Assembly: GCA_947589835.1 (NCBI GenBank)
Contig: CANQCT010000001.1
Span: forward strand, 1 to 60,975
DNA length: 60,975 nucleotides
Source of the DNA: an uncultured Clostridia bacterium
GTDB taxonomy: Bacteria > Bacillota > Clostridia > TANB77 > CAG-508
Direction: 5' to 3'
Part shown: in pieces, positions 28,469 through 39,699 of the stretch
Layout of the letters: every line of letters starts with the position of its first letter
Numbering within the stretch: the first letter of the stretch is position 1
The notes under the pieces: generated by a model
What the model was told of the DNA's origin: nothing
What the model saw: the letters and a program-made list of their open reading frames with translations, nothing else
The model's database searches: none
Program-made: the position numbers and the translations under genes

Positions 28469-31400
28469 TTATTCTTTTTTTAACACCTTTGTTTTAATAA
28501 GAATAATTGCTACTATTAACATTCCTACTATTCCAATTCCTAGTCCAAAGTATAAATATGGTTTACCATAAGGAGGTATAATAGATATGTTTTCTGCTTC
28601 GCTGGCGTCTTGTTCTGTTGGATCTATTTCTGGGTCTTGGTTACCAGGTAAAATTGGTGTTCCTGTTTTTCCTGGATCTGCAGAAGTTTGCATTCTTCTA
28701 CCTACATCATTTGAGTAGGTTATAACTTCTGCAATGTTGGTGTACCTGTAGTTGTCACGTGATGTGATTAATTGTGATAATACTAATTTTACAGGGTCGC
28801 TTGTTTGACCTGGCTCTAATCCTTGTTTTAAGCTTTCTGTTGTAATAATTGTATTATACTTACTTAGTTTTTCTTTTACTGCATCTGATACGTCAATCTC
28901 ATCTGTTTTAGGAATTTTCCAAATTCCACTATTATCAGATTCTCTGAATTGTATGTTGTTAGATACATAATCTATTACTTTGTCTATTGAGGTTTTTACT
29001 ATGTTTGCTTTTGCATTATCTTCAATACCTGTGTAATAGAATTTTTGGTCTTTATAGTCTATTTCACCAGTATTTTCTGCTTGGAATTCATAGGTTATTT
29101 GGATGTTTGCTCCATACATTAATTCTTCATCCATAATTACTTGGATAAGTCCTCCAAATAGAGCATCTCCTTTTTCTGTCCATATTAGGTTATCTGCACT
29201 CTTAGTTGTATCAAACATTACTCTTCTATCTGATAAAACTATTTTTAAGTTTGATACTTTTTTGTTTAGTTTTAAGCCTGCTTTTGGTCTTTCTACTATA
29301 CCAAAGTCTACATTACTTATGTTATATGCAGTGCTTTGAGATGAATCTGAAATTTCTCTGTTGTATTCTACTTCCATACGAATTACACCGGTTTCTGCTA
29401 TCATATAAACTTTTGGATTGCTTAAATTTATAAGTTCTTTTGCATATTGGTTATATGTAACTCCATTTCCTGAGTTGTTTCCGTAGTCGTTTATAGCTTG
29501 TCTTACGCTCCATATATCTTTTGCATCTGATACTCTTCTAGTATCGGTTTCTCCTAATGCTATGTTGTATCCATAAGTTGCAGATTCACTTTGTTTTTCG
29601 TAGTCTTCAAAGCCTGGAACTTGTTTTCCTTGTGCATCATCTTGTCTTACATCTGTACCAGGTTGTGCCATTCCAACTTGGTAAAGTGTAGATTTATAGT
29701 CGTTTCCATTTGGATAGGTAAATCTTATAATGTAATCTCCTGGAATGTAACCTTTTATGTTGTAGTTACCTTTTGAATCTGTTTTAAGTGTAGCTTCTAC
29801 CCAATCCGTTCCATTAAATATTTTTGCTGGTGTATCTGATACTTTTCCATTTACTACTTCATACATTCCTACTTCTATGTTTTCTACTCCTGATTCACCT
29901 GTATCATATATTCCGTTTCCTATTAGGGCATTTCCAGTTTGGCTATTGCTTATAGTTCTTTTATCTTCCCATACTGTTCCATTTATTTCTCTTTCTGTGC
30001 TATTTAAGTGAACATTTAGGCCTTTTGCTCTATCTGTATCATCTTCAAAGTTTTGTTCGTATTTTTCTCCAGTTAAGTCACTTGCTTTTAAGTTACCTGG
30101 TGTAGAGTTTTCATCAACTATTCCGGCTGGTGTACTATCTCCACCAACTGCACCGTAGTTTGGTAATACGGTTCCGCTCTTGTAGTAGTTTTTATAACCA
30201 TTTATTTCTGCAATGTTATATTTTAAGCTGTTTGCATCATCTAATATAACTCTGCCATTGCCATCGGTTTTTACTTTAAAGGTTAGGTATATGTATGCAT
30301 CTTCACCGGTTTGCAATTTTTTACCTTCTAGTCCTTTTATATATACTGCATTATAGCTCGAGCCTAAGTTTGTTTCTGATTCAGGTCCATACCTACTAGA
30401 TGTTGCACTATTAATACTTCCTGCTCCGGTTTATATTGCTTATACTTGAATTTCGTATCATTTGAAGGTATTCTTCTTGGGATATACCTGTTTTGCTACC
30501 TGTCATTACCCATGATAGATTTTCCTTATACTCAAGTTCATTATCATAATAGTCTACTATTTCAGTAATTTCATTTACTATGCTTTCTGATAGGTTTCTT
30601 ACTATAATTTGATATGTTACATATACTTCTAAGTCTTTACCTATGCCTTTACTATTTTCTGTACCTGCTGCCATGTAATCTGATTGAGCTACATCTCTAT
30701 CATAGTAAGAGCCATAGTAGCTTTCGTAGTCTTGCATTCTTACTGATATGTTCCAATAGTCATCACTTGATGTACGTTTATTATATGAGTATACTTCTGA
30801 TTTTTCATTAATTTTAGTTGCTGCTTTGTAAAGGTCTTTTCTTAATGCTATGTTATTTGTTTGCCTTCTCCATAATCCTAAGTTTACATAGAATTGTCCA
30901 TCATATATTGCATGGTATGTGCCATAGCCCGGTACTGTTGTAGACCTTGTAGAAACACTTATTTTGTCATATACTGGGTATAGGTCTATACCACCACTAG
31001 GTGATTTTGTGGTTGCTGTTATCATTGTATCTTTTATAAATTGCAATTTTTTCGAAACATCACTGTTTCCTGAATATTTGCTTGAAAGTTCTCCTATTGC
31101 TGTATTTGCGTCTGTGCCACCGTGCTTTTTGATGGCTTGTAATTTCTCCTTCTTTTATTGATGAAGTTGTTACTAAATTTCCATTTTCGTCTATATCATA
31201 AAAGCCATCTATTAATTGTGGACCTGTTCTTGTAAATGTTCCATTTGGTTGTAGTTCAAATCCCATTAAGTCTAATATAGAAAATGCTTCATTGTATCCG
31301 CTTCCTGACTTGTATCCGTTTGGTGATGAACCAATTTCTCCTAACATTGCATCAAGCGCTCTTCTTTCTCCTGCGTTTTCTGTTGCTTTTGAGGCTCCTG

Positions 31401-33363
31401 CCCATGTATCTGTATTATATAGTCCTGCATTTACCATGTTAGATACTGATCCATAACTTTGACCGCTTTCTGTTTTTAAGTAATCTGTTGGCATATAAAT
31501 TAGTCCATTGTATTCAAATTCAACATAGTATTTCTTTTGCGCATTTAGGCTAGTAAATTCATAGTAGCCGTTTCCATCTGTAAATTGAGAAGCTACTTGA
31601 GTTCCATCTTGTTCAAATAATGTTACTTTTATGTTTGGAATAGGTAAATCATTTTCTGTACGTCTTCCATCTGCTAGATTTTCCTTGCCTTCAAAAACAT
31701 CTTCCCATACATAACCGCCTAGCTTCATAGTTATGTCTTTTGGTTTTGGTGTAGGTGTTGGTGTTGGTACTTCTGGTGTTGGTGATGGTGTTTCTGGCGT
31801 TGGTGATGGTGTTTCTGGTGTTGGCGATGGTGTTTCTGGCGTTGGCGATGGTGTTTCTGGCGTTGGCGATGGTGTTTCTGGTGTTGGCGATGGTGTTTCT
31901 GGCGTTGGCGATGGTGTTTCTGGTGTTGGCGATGGTGTTTCTGGTGTTGGTGATGGTGTTTCTGGTGTTGGTGATGGTGTTTCTGGTGTTGGTGATGGTG
32001 TTTCTGGTGTTGGTGTTTCTGGTGTTGGTGTTTCTGGTGTTGGTGATGGTTCGTCAATTGTTGTGCTTGTTGCCATTAAACTAGCTGTCATTTTATACCA
32101 TTTTCTAGTTCCCCATGCTTTTAATATGTCCTGTTCTGTACTTGTGCACGCTCCTTTACTTACAGACCATTTCCAATTTCTAACACAAGATACCTGTCCT
32201 TTTACAGTTTTTTTAGTTGGTGTTGGCGTTGGATTACTTGGACTTACAATACCTGGTGCTTTTACATGTTCAATAAAAGCTCCTGCTGTATATGGTTTTC
32301 CAAGATTTCCTACTGTTACTGTACTTATTGTATCACATGCATTATTTTTAGAATTCAAACAAGTTGCATTAGCTATATAACATTTTCCTTGTAATCTGCA
32401 TGCCCATGCTTCAGCTTCCATATAACTGTATTCTATGTTTATAGTTACATGAGTTATAGCTGTTCCATCAGCTGGTGCTTTAAAGTGAACATAGAAAGGT
32501 TCTCCTGATGGTGGTATTTGAGAGTCTACGTCTAAACTTACAGCTTTTCCTTCACCTTCTGCATTTGAATATCCTTGGGCTGTCATTCCTGTAATTTTTC
32601 CATATTCTCCTGCATCTATATATTCTATAGTATATGGCCCTGCAATTAACTCTCCACCACCTGCCATTATTTCAGCAGTATCATTTATAACCTTCATAGG
32701 TTCTTCGCCATTCATTTTTTCAACAAATGATGCATAGTTTTTTTCGTTAATTGTTATCTTTCCTGAATAAGGAATATAAGTACCAGTATTAAGCTCTTTA
32801 TCTGCCCATATAGCACTTTGTTTTTCATCTTCAGAGGCACTTGGGTCAGTTACAACAAAGGCAGCACCTGGTGAAAGTTTAAAGTGATTTCCAGAGCATT
32901 CCCAAAATGTTGCTGAACGTTGTGTTACAGAATTTTCTCCTGATTGAGGTGATTTGTTTGGGCCAGGTGCATGTTCATGTGTTCCTGTATTTGGTGGATT
33001 AAATTTTCTCTCTGTTGTTTCCTCTTTTCCATCCCAATATTTAACAAATTCCTCTGGGGTTTCTCCACCACGATTTAATATCGTTGCATTTTTTTCAACA
33101 CAATAATATCCTTTTGGAATGTGGTGGGAATTTTCATTTTTACCAGTTGCATATACGTAGTTGCTTCCACTACATGCAGAACCTGAGGTTGTTTCTCCTG
33201 TTGTTGTTTTTTCTAAGGCACCTAGCTGTATAGTAGTATATTCTTCTTGTAGTTCATCTTGCTTTATTGCAAATAGACTTGAAAAAATAAATACTAATAT
33301 AGCGAAAAATATTATTGATATTAATCCTACGAACGAAAATAATTTATTTTTTCTATTTTTCAT
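28469..33363 (-). CDS. Giant surface protein A2, paralog of A1; reading frame interrupted twice, each time at an in-frame CGG (conventional annotation would call it a frameshifted pseudogene)
   Basis: ORFs 31060..33363, 30411..31046 and 28469..30316 are colinear with A1. Examples: DITMKLGGYVWEDVFEGKEN; SPSGGIDLYPVYDK...YVNLGLWRR; KKLQTGEDAYIYLTFKV. +1 shifts at CGG 31122-31120 and 30428-30426 join them into about 1630 aa. Confidence 0.8.
31745..32050. repeat. 21-bp tandem repeat encoding a (SPTPETP)n linker in A2
   Basis: GGTGATGGTGTTTCTGGTGTT-type units, about 14 copies. The ORFs 31731..32057, 31733..32380 and 31755..32084 are alternative-frame artefacts of this repeat. Confidence 0.9.
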
Positions 33364-33383
33364 CCTTGATTTTTTCCTCCTTT

Positions 33384-36300
33384 CTATAATTCTATTTTTT
33401 CAAATTTTCTTTTTATTAATATTACACCAATTATAATTATAAGTATAACTACTAAGGCTAGTGTGGCATATATAACTATTGTACCAGTTGCTGTTGAAAG
33501 TATAATATCTGCTTTAGACATATCATCTTCACCATCTGCTCTATTTGCTTCTATTGAGTCCATGTCATGTTCTCCATACTCGTTATAGCTTTCATAAATT
33601 TCTGCATTATTATTAATAATTGTTCCTATATTACTGTTTGTAATTTGTGCACTTAAAACAAGTTTTATTTCCTTGCTTTCTCCTGGATTTATAAGTGTAT
33701 TTTGTAAACTTGCATTGTATATGGTGTTATTATTATCTGTTGCATACCAATCATTATTTAGTTCTGAATTGAATCTAACATTTTTTGGTAAGTAATCAAC
33801 TATTTTTCTTGCATATCCAGGAATTTTACCTTCGTTTGTTACTAATATTGTATATTCTATAATAATATTGCTTTTTCCAACATCTCTTGATTTTATTTCT
33901 ACTTTTTCTAGTTGTGAGTTATTTGTTTTGTATGTTTTTACTCCTGAACTTGGTGTATTTACTGTTATTTTGCTTATATATTTATCTAGTTTTAAGTCAA
34001 ATTTTTGTGATATATATAGTCCTATATCTATGTTTTGTATATCTTTGTTTGTTATTTTTATAGTATTTGTTACGCCTGCATAAGCTTTTCTTCCATTTAA
34101 TGTAACTAACATTGATACTGCATCTGAGTTGTAATATGAATTAACATTTTGTTTTTGATAATCTGTTGTATTGTATTGTGCAGAATCATAACAAAATACT
34201 ACTATATATTCTCCACCTTTTAGGTTTTCAAATTTATATTCTCCATTTGAATTTGTTGTTGTGGTTTTTTCTTTTCCATCTTCTATATTTTGTACAAGCT
34301 CGCCGTTTTGTTTTTTTAATAAGATTACTTTTATTCCTGGTAATAGTTCTTCTGTGTTTTCTCTTTGACCATTTTTATTTTCATCTAGCCATGCTATTCC
34401 TGAAATTGTATATTGTGCTCTATCATCTGTAATTTGGCTATCGCTTCCAGGCTCTTCTCCATATAATTCTTGGTTACGCTGTATTATTGTTGTTATACTG
34501 TTTGATGATTGTGGATCATTTTCTTGTGATGTAATAGTGCCTATATTGTTAACTTCTACTTCTTTAATGTCTTCTTCTAATAATTTTGCGCTTGCTGTAA
34601 TTTTTATTGTGGCTTCTGCATCTTTTTCAAATAATGGCCAATATACTATTGGGCTATTATCTGTGCAGGTATCTATTACTTGGGTTTCGCCATTATATGT
34701 GTATTCTAACTTTTTAAATAATAACTGTTTAGGTAATTTATCTTCAAAAGTAACATAAGGTGCTTCATCTTTTCCTACATTTTTTACAATAAATTCATAG
34801 GTTATTTCTTCTTTTTCTTTTATATATTTTGCTGAAGAACTTTGATTTATTTCAAATTCTGGTACACAAACATGATATACTATTTCATTTGAAGTTTGTT
34901 CTTCAAAATTTTGCTCTCTTCCTTTTGCAACTAATTTAAAATCACCTTTAAAGTTTTCTATTTGAAGTTCTACTACTATGTAGTTTATATATTGGTCTTC
35001 CATGCTTCCTATTTCAGCTATTATTTGGTTGTTTTGAATTTTTATACAATTTATATCTTCATAATCCATATTGTAGCAAGTTGCTTCATTTATTTTAATT
35101 CCTTCTGGAATATCTATTGTAACTTTTGCATTATTTAAATCATCTAATGCTTCTACAGATACATATACAATTAGTGTATCTCCTTTATAGGCTGGTAATG
35201 TATAGTCTCTTCTTGTTGTTAATGTTAGCCCTATTTTTCCTTTCACTAAATTAATAATATATTCATTAGAAACAGCTGGATTTGGCATATTATCAACTGT
35301 TAAATTTACTATGTTTGATACTTGCCCTTCATAATCTTTTTGCATTCTTAAAATATAGCTTATTGTTTTTGTTTCACCAGCTTTAATTTCTCCAATTTTT
35401 ATTTGTACTGTTGATTCCATATTTTCTGCAAATGTATAAGTTGCAAAATCATATTCTACATATATTGCTTGGGCTGGAACAGGTATATTTAATACAGCAT
35501 TTGTTAAATCTTCTTCACCTATATTTTTTATTTCTGCAAAGAATTTTACCATTTGCCATTCTTTTACTTGACTGTTTTCTGGCACTTCAGAGCTTAATTT
35601 TATTTCTACTTCTGGGCCATTTCCTGTTGTTAATCCTACTATTCCTGCTTCTTTTGTTTCTGGTATTTGGTTATTATAATATACTTTGTAAGAAGTATAG
35701 GCGCTTTTATTATGTACTAAATTTGCTGGTATATTTGCTTCATATTCAAAGTGTATTTGTGTTCCATGTGGAATTTCTCCATTAATTACAATTAAATAGC
35801 TTTTTATATTATTATAGTTTTTAGGATTTTCTTGCCATGTTTCATTTCCACTATCTAGTAAGGATTTGGCTACATCTTCTTCTGTACTGTAATAAACTTT
35901 AACTTTGCTTTGGTCTACTCCTGTTACTTTCATTGCACCATTCATACTCATTGTAAAGTTACTTCCAAGGTCTTCATTTTTGTCTATTTTTTTGTTACCT
36001 TCAAATGGTAGTCTTCCTAATATGTATGTGTTTTTAATACTGTTTTCATAGTTATTTATAACTATTCCTTCAAATTTTACTGTTTTTTGTTTTGCACTAG
36101 CTTGTATATTTGCTTTTAATATTTCTTGATTAATATTAGTTAATTTTGATTCTTCGGTATCATACCCACTTACGCTATTTACTGCAGTTACTCCTGTTGG
36201 TGCTAAAATATTTACATCTGTTTCAGAAGTTCCATATACTCCATTTTCTTCATCTGCTTCTGTATTTTCATAAAGATTTGTATTATCATTTTGGTAATAT

Positions 36301-38420
36301 AAATACATTTTTTCTGCACTACTTGTTGCTAATTTATCTACTGTAATATCTGCTATTACTACAATATTTGCTCCTTTTGCTATTACATTTTGTTCTTCAT
36401 TATTTATATAATTTTCGTACTTTGTTTGTGTTCCTTCTAATTGTAAAACAATGTATTTTACTCCTTGATTTGTTATTACTTGTTTACTTTTTATTTGTAA
36501 TTCATTATCTAATAAAATGTAGGCATCTTTTATTTTTACATCTTCTACTTGTTCTGGCATTACTATTTCTATAAGAGGGTCTTTATATAATGCATTTTGA
36601 ACACTTGATGTATCTAATACTACATTTATTTTAACATTTTCGTTAGCAACTACTGTTGATAGATTTTTTTTGCTTTCTTCTATACTAATTTCTGCTTTGC
36701 TTACTGGTTCTTGTAGTGCTATTTCTATTTTTTGTGTTTTAGTGTTTGTATTTGCTTCTAAGTCTGCTTCTACTAGCATTTTTGTGAATTTTTTCATTTC
36801 TTCTTGTGAAAAGTTTTGGTTTGCTACAAATGATTTTTCTACAATTATTTCTAATGTGCCTTCTGATTGTGGCGCTGTAGCTTTTATTGTTATTTCGTTA
36901 GCGTTGCTTTCTTCTATATTTAATACGTAGTTTCCTTTTTCATCTTTTGTACTTGCATTTGTGATTGTGCCTAATTCTACTTCAGAGTTATTAAATACTT
37001 GAATTTCTCCTTGTTCTCCAAGTATTTTTTTGAAAATTTCTTCATTTATTTTTATGGTACTTGTAATAATATTTGTTTCTACATTAGTGTTGTTTGAATT
37101 AGCTACTAATTTTTCTTGTTTTGTTTTTAAGTTCATTTGTTTTATAAGGTCTTTATTGTAAATTTGTGCTTTGTAAGTTATTTCATAATTTGTTTTTTCT
37201 GGTTCTTGTGCTAATTGCTCTGCTGTTTTTGCGTAGTTTGCATATATGTATCCTTTGCTAAGGGCTTGTACTGATTGTGCTGTAAAGTCTACTAGTTCTC
37301 CTTTTTGTTCTTGTATGCTACTTTCAAAAGTAGAGCCTGCTAAATCTATTGTTTTTTCTTCTGATCCGTATGTATTAATTGTTCCGTTTACTTTGGTTTC
37401 TAGTTTTATAGCATTATTGTTTTCGGCTCCATTTTTTGCTTGTTCTTCTGTTACTTTTGTGTTTTTTGCTGTGTTTAATAGGTTTGTTACATAATTGTAA
37501 GTGTCTTGTCCTTCGTATATATAGTTTATTAAATATTCATCTTCCCCATTTTTCCAAGAAATTTTTCCTTGTTCGTTTGGAGTGTTTTGGGTATTTATTG
37601 TTACTTTGCTTTCTTCTTTTATATATTTATAGTTTTCTGATGTGAATTTAAGTCCTGTGGTTTCTCCGTTTGTTGCTGTTGTTTTGTTTGCTATTACTTT
37701 TACATCGTCTGGTTGTTTTTCATTTATGGTTGGTACTGATATTTCTAAAGATGTGCTTTTTATTGGTAATATGCTGTCTTTAACTGAGGATGTTACTTTA
37801 GCTTGTACTAATACTCCATATTTTTCATCTAAATTGTATGGAATATATTTTGTTATTTCTGCATTTATTTTGCTTTCTGGTTCAGCTTTCCATTTTATTT
37901 TGTTTGTAATTTCTTTTGTTAGTGTTGTTTCTACTCCTTTTGTATCTACGTAAGTTCCTGTTAATTTGGCTTTAGAGTTTTGATTAAATATTGTTTCATT
38001 TACATATTCTTCTTTTGTAAAACTAATTGGTAGTTCTAATAGAAGTGTTTGTTTATTGCTTATTTGGTTTAAATAAACGTTATTGTTTTCTATTTTTTGA
38101 ATATATTCTGTATTTATTTGGTCACTATTAATTTTATAGTTGCAGTCGCTAAATTCGACTATTCCATTTTTTAAATAGCCGTTTTCTTTTATATTAAGTT
38201 CAATATATACTTTTCCACCCTCTGAAATGTTGTATTCTTGCTCATGTGTGTTGTTTGATAGTCGTACATTAAATTCTACATTTTCGTTTTGGGTTTGCAC
38301 GGTTTGTTCTTCTAGGTTTTGTACTGCAGCTGCTATTGCAAGATTGCCAATTGGCAAAAGATATCCTCCTAGTAAGACTGTTGTTGTAATAATTGTTATA
38401 ATTTTTTCTTTTAGTTTCAT
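33384..38420 (-). CDS. Giant surface protein B2, paralog of B1
   Basis: 1678 aa, colinear with B1. Same C-terminus EDDMSKADIILSTATGT + TM + KRK, plus DUF11-like and Cna-B-like motifs. Confidence 0.85.
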   Translation of the reverse strand: MKLKEKIITIITTTVLLGGYLLPIGNLAIAAAVQNLEEQTVQTQNENVEFNVRLSNNTHEQEYNISEGGKVYIELNIKENGYLKNGIVEFSDCNYKINSDQINTEYIQKIENNNVYLNQISNKQTLLLELPISFTKEEYVNETIFNQNSKAKLTGTYVDTKGVETTLTKEITNKIKWKAEPESKINAEITKYIPYNLDEKYGVLVQAKVTSSVKDSILPIKSTSLEISVPTINEKQPDDVKVIANKTTATNGETTGLKFTSENYKYIKEESKVTINTQNTPNEQGKISWKNGEDEYLINYIYEGQDTYNYVTNLLNTAKNTKVTEEQAKNGAENNNAIKLETKVNGTINTYGSEEKTIDLAGSTFESSIQEQKGELVDFTAQSVQALSKGYIYANYAKTAEQLAQEPEKTNYEITYKAQIYNKDLIKQMNLKTKQEKLVANSNNTNVETNIITSTIKINEEIFKKILGEQGEIQVFNNSEVELGTITNASTKDEKGNYVLNIEESNANEITIKATAPQSEGTLEIIVEKSFVANQNFSQEEMKKFTKMLVEADLEANTNTKTQKIEIALQEPVSKAEISIEESKKNLSTVVANENVKINVVLDTSSVQNALYKDPLIEIVMPEQVEDVKIKDAYILLDNELQIKSKQVITNQGVKYIVLQLEGTQTKYENYINNEEQNVIAKGANIVVIADITVDKLATSSAEKMYLYYQNDNTNLYENTEADEENGVYGTSETDVNILAPTGVTAVNSVSGYDTEESKLTNINQEILKANIQASAKQKTVKFEGIVINNYENSIKNTYILGRLPFEGNKKIDKNEDLGSNFTMSMNGAMKVTGVDQSKVKVYYSTEEDVAKSLLDSGNETWQENPKNYNNIKSYLIVINGEIPHGTQIHFEYEANIPANLVHNKSAYTSYKVYYNNQIPETKEAGIVGLTTGNGPEVEIKLSSEVPENSQVKEWQMVKFFAEIKNIGEEDLTNAVLNIPVPAQAIYVEYDFATYTFAENMESTVQIKIGEIKAGETKTISYILRMQKDYEGQVSNIVNLTVDNMPNPAVSNEYIINLVKGKIGLTLTTRRDYTLPAYKGDTLIVYVSVEALDDLNNAKVTIDIPEGIKINEATCYNMDYEDINCIKIQNNQIIAEIGSMEDQYINYIVVELQIENFKGDFKLVAKGREQNFEEQTSNEIVYHVCVPEFEINQSSSAKYIKEKEEITYEFIVKNVGKDEAPYVTFEDKLPKQLLFKKLEYTYNGETQVIDTCTDNSPIVYWPLFEKDAEATIKITASAKLLEEDIKEVEVNNIGTITSQENDPQSSNSITTIIQRNQELYGEEPGSDSQITDDRAQYTISGIAWLDENKNGQRENTEELLPGIKVILLKKQNGELVQNIEDGKEKTTTTNSNGEYKFENLKGGEYIVVFCYDSAQYNTTDYQKQNVNSYYNSDAVSMLVTLNGRKAYAGVTNTIKITNKDIQNIDIGLYISQKFDLKLDKYISKITVNTPSSGVKTYKTNNSQLEKVEIKSRDVGKSNIIIEYTILVTNEGKIPGYARKIVDYLPKNVRFNSELNNDWYATDNNNTIYNASLQNTLINPGESKEIKLVLSAQITNSNIGTIINNNAEIYESYNEYGEHDMDSIEANRADGEDDMSKADIILSTATGTIVIYATLALVVILIIIIGVILIKRKFEKIEL

Positions 38421-38721
38421 AGTAACCTCCTAAATATCTACCATACATAGTTATTTATAATATAATTTTATCACCTTTAATTTATTTTTCAATGGTAGAT
38501 TTTTCCCTATTATGTCGAAAAATGGAAAATTGTTTACGGAAGTTATTTTTTTATGATTAATATTAAATTTATATTACAGAATTGTTACTATGTTACAGTT
38601 TTGGCTTTGTTTGTGATTTTAGTGTACATAATTTTGATTTGCTGATTTTCGTAAACTTTATTTTTTGGTTTTTTTATTCTTTTTGAAATAATTTTTTTAT
38701 CAATAGTTATAATTGAATTAA

Positions 38722-38836
38722 TGCTCGAATAGTACTATTTTTCACAGTTTGAGAGGTCCCGTTCTGACTTTACTTCTTTGAACTTGACTCCTTGGGCGGG
38801 CATTTGAAAAACAAGAAAACTAGTACTATTCGAGCA
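38722..38836 (+). repeat. Palindromic ~115-nt repeat, copy 6
   Basis: TGCTCGAATAGTACT...AGTACTATTCGAGCA outer stem. Inner stem CCCGTT/GGCGGG with U-G wobbles. Lies upstream of B2. Confidence 0.9.
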
Positions 38837-39028
38837 ATTTACTATAAAACCTAGTAACTATTTTTTAATTCAATATGTATTTTCGGAAAAGTTTTATTGT
38901 TTTTAGTAACATTTTTTTATAATTAGAATATATATAATTATAAATAATTTTTATAGGAATTATAGATTTAAAAAAATAATATTTTTAATTAAATTTTGTG
39001 TGTTTTTGGAAAGGAATGGTATTTAACA

Positions 39029-39181
39029 ATGGATAACAATAATGTGGATATGGCAAAACTAATGAATATGATTTCTAAAATGGATAAAAATGAGCTACAG
39101 CAGGGGCTTGCTAAGTTAAATCAAATGATGAGTAAAGAGGATAAGGAGAAACTTTTGAAGCAATTTAAAAATTGTAATTAG
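39029..39181 (+). CDS. Small hypothetical protein (50 aa)
   Basis: ATG inside ORF 38996..39181. MDNNNVDMAKLMNMISKMDKNELQQGL... Weak RBS. Confidence 0.4.
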   Translation: MDNNNVDMAKLMNMISKMDKNELQQGLAKLNQMMSKEDKEKLLKQFKNCN

Positions 39182-39264
39182 GTATTTATGTTGATTAGAT
39201 GTTAATTAGATGTTAATTCGAAAGGAGGAATAGCTAGGATTTTTTTCTTGGCTAGATTATATTT

Positions 39265-39699
39265 ATGAGTGAAGATATGTCTGAAATTATGCAGAAAATG
39301 AGTGATATGATAAAGAATAATGAAATTCCAGATAATATAAAGAGCATTTTAAATAATTTTAGTTCTAATTCAGGCTCATCTTCTACTAATAGTAATAATT
39401 TTTCTCATACAAATGGTGTATGTTCATTTGATAATAATGCTGAAAATAGCGGGAATTCTAATTCGAATGGTGCGGATAATTTTAATATTGATATGGATAC
39501 AATGCTAAAAATGAAGTCTATTATTGATAATATGAATAAAGGGCAAAATGATTCAAGGGCTAATTTACTTAGGTCTTTGAAGCCTTATTTGAAACCTAGT
39601 AGGAAGGAAAAAGTTGATCAGTATATTAAGATTTTTAGCATGGGAAAAGCCTTTGAAATGATGGGAACCTTTGGAGGGGAAAAGAAAAATGGTGTATAA
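39265..39699 (+). CDS. Hypothetical protein with an Asn/Ser-rich centre and a conserved-looking C-terminus
   Basis: 144-aa ORF. The C-terminal RANLLRSLKPYLKPSRKEKVDQYIKIFSMGKAF resembles small conserved clostridial proteins of unknown function (from memory). Confidence 0.6.
   Translation: MSEDMSEIMQKMSDMIKNNEIPDNIKSILNNFSSNSGSSSTNSNNFSHTNGVCSFDNNAENSGNSNSNGADNFNIDMDTMLKMKSIIDNMNKGQNDSRANLLRSLKPYLKPSRKEKVDQYIKIFSMGKAFEMMGTFGGEKKNGV

Noticed and set aside
31731-32380. His/Gln-rich (HQKH)n and Gly/Val-rich ORFs over the 21-bp tandem repeat
   Set aside because: These are alternative frames or the opposite strand of the (SPTPETP)n linker of surface protein A2. The A2 frame is supported by paralogy on both sides.
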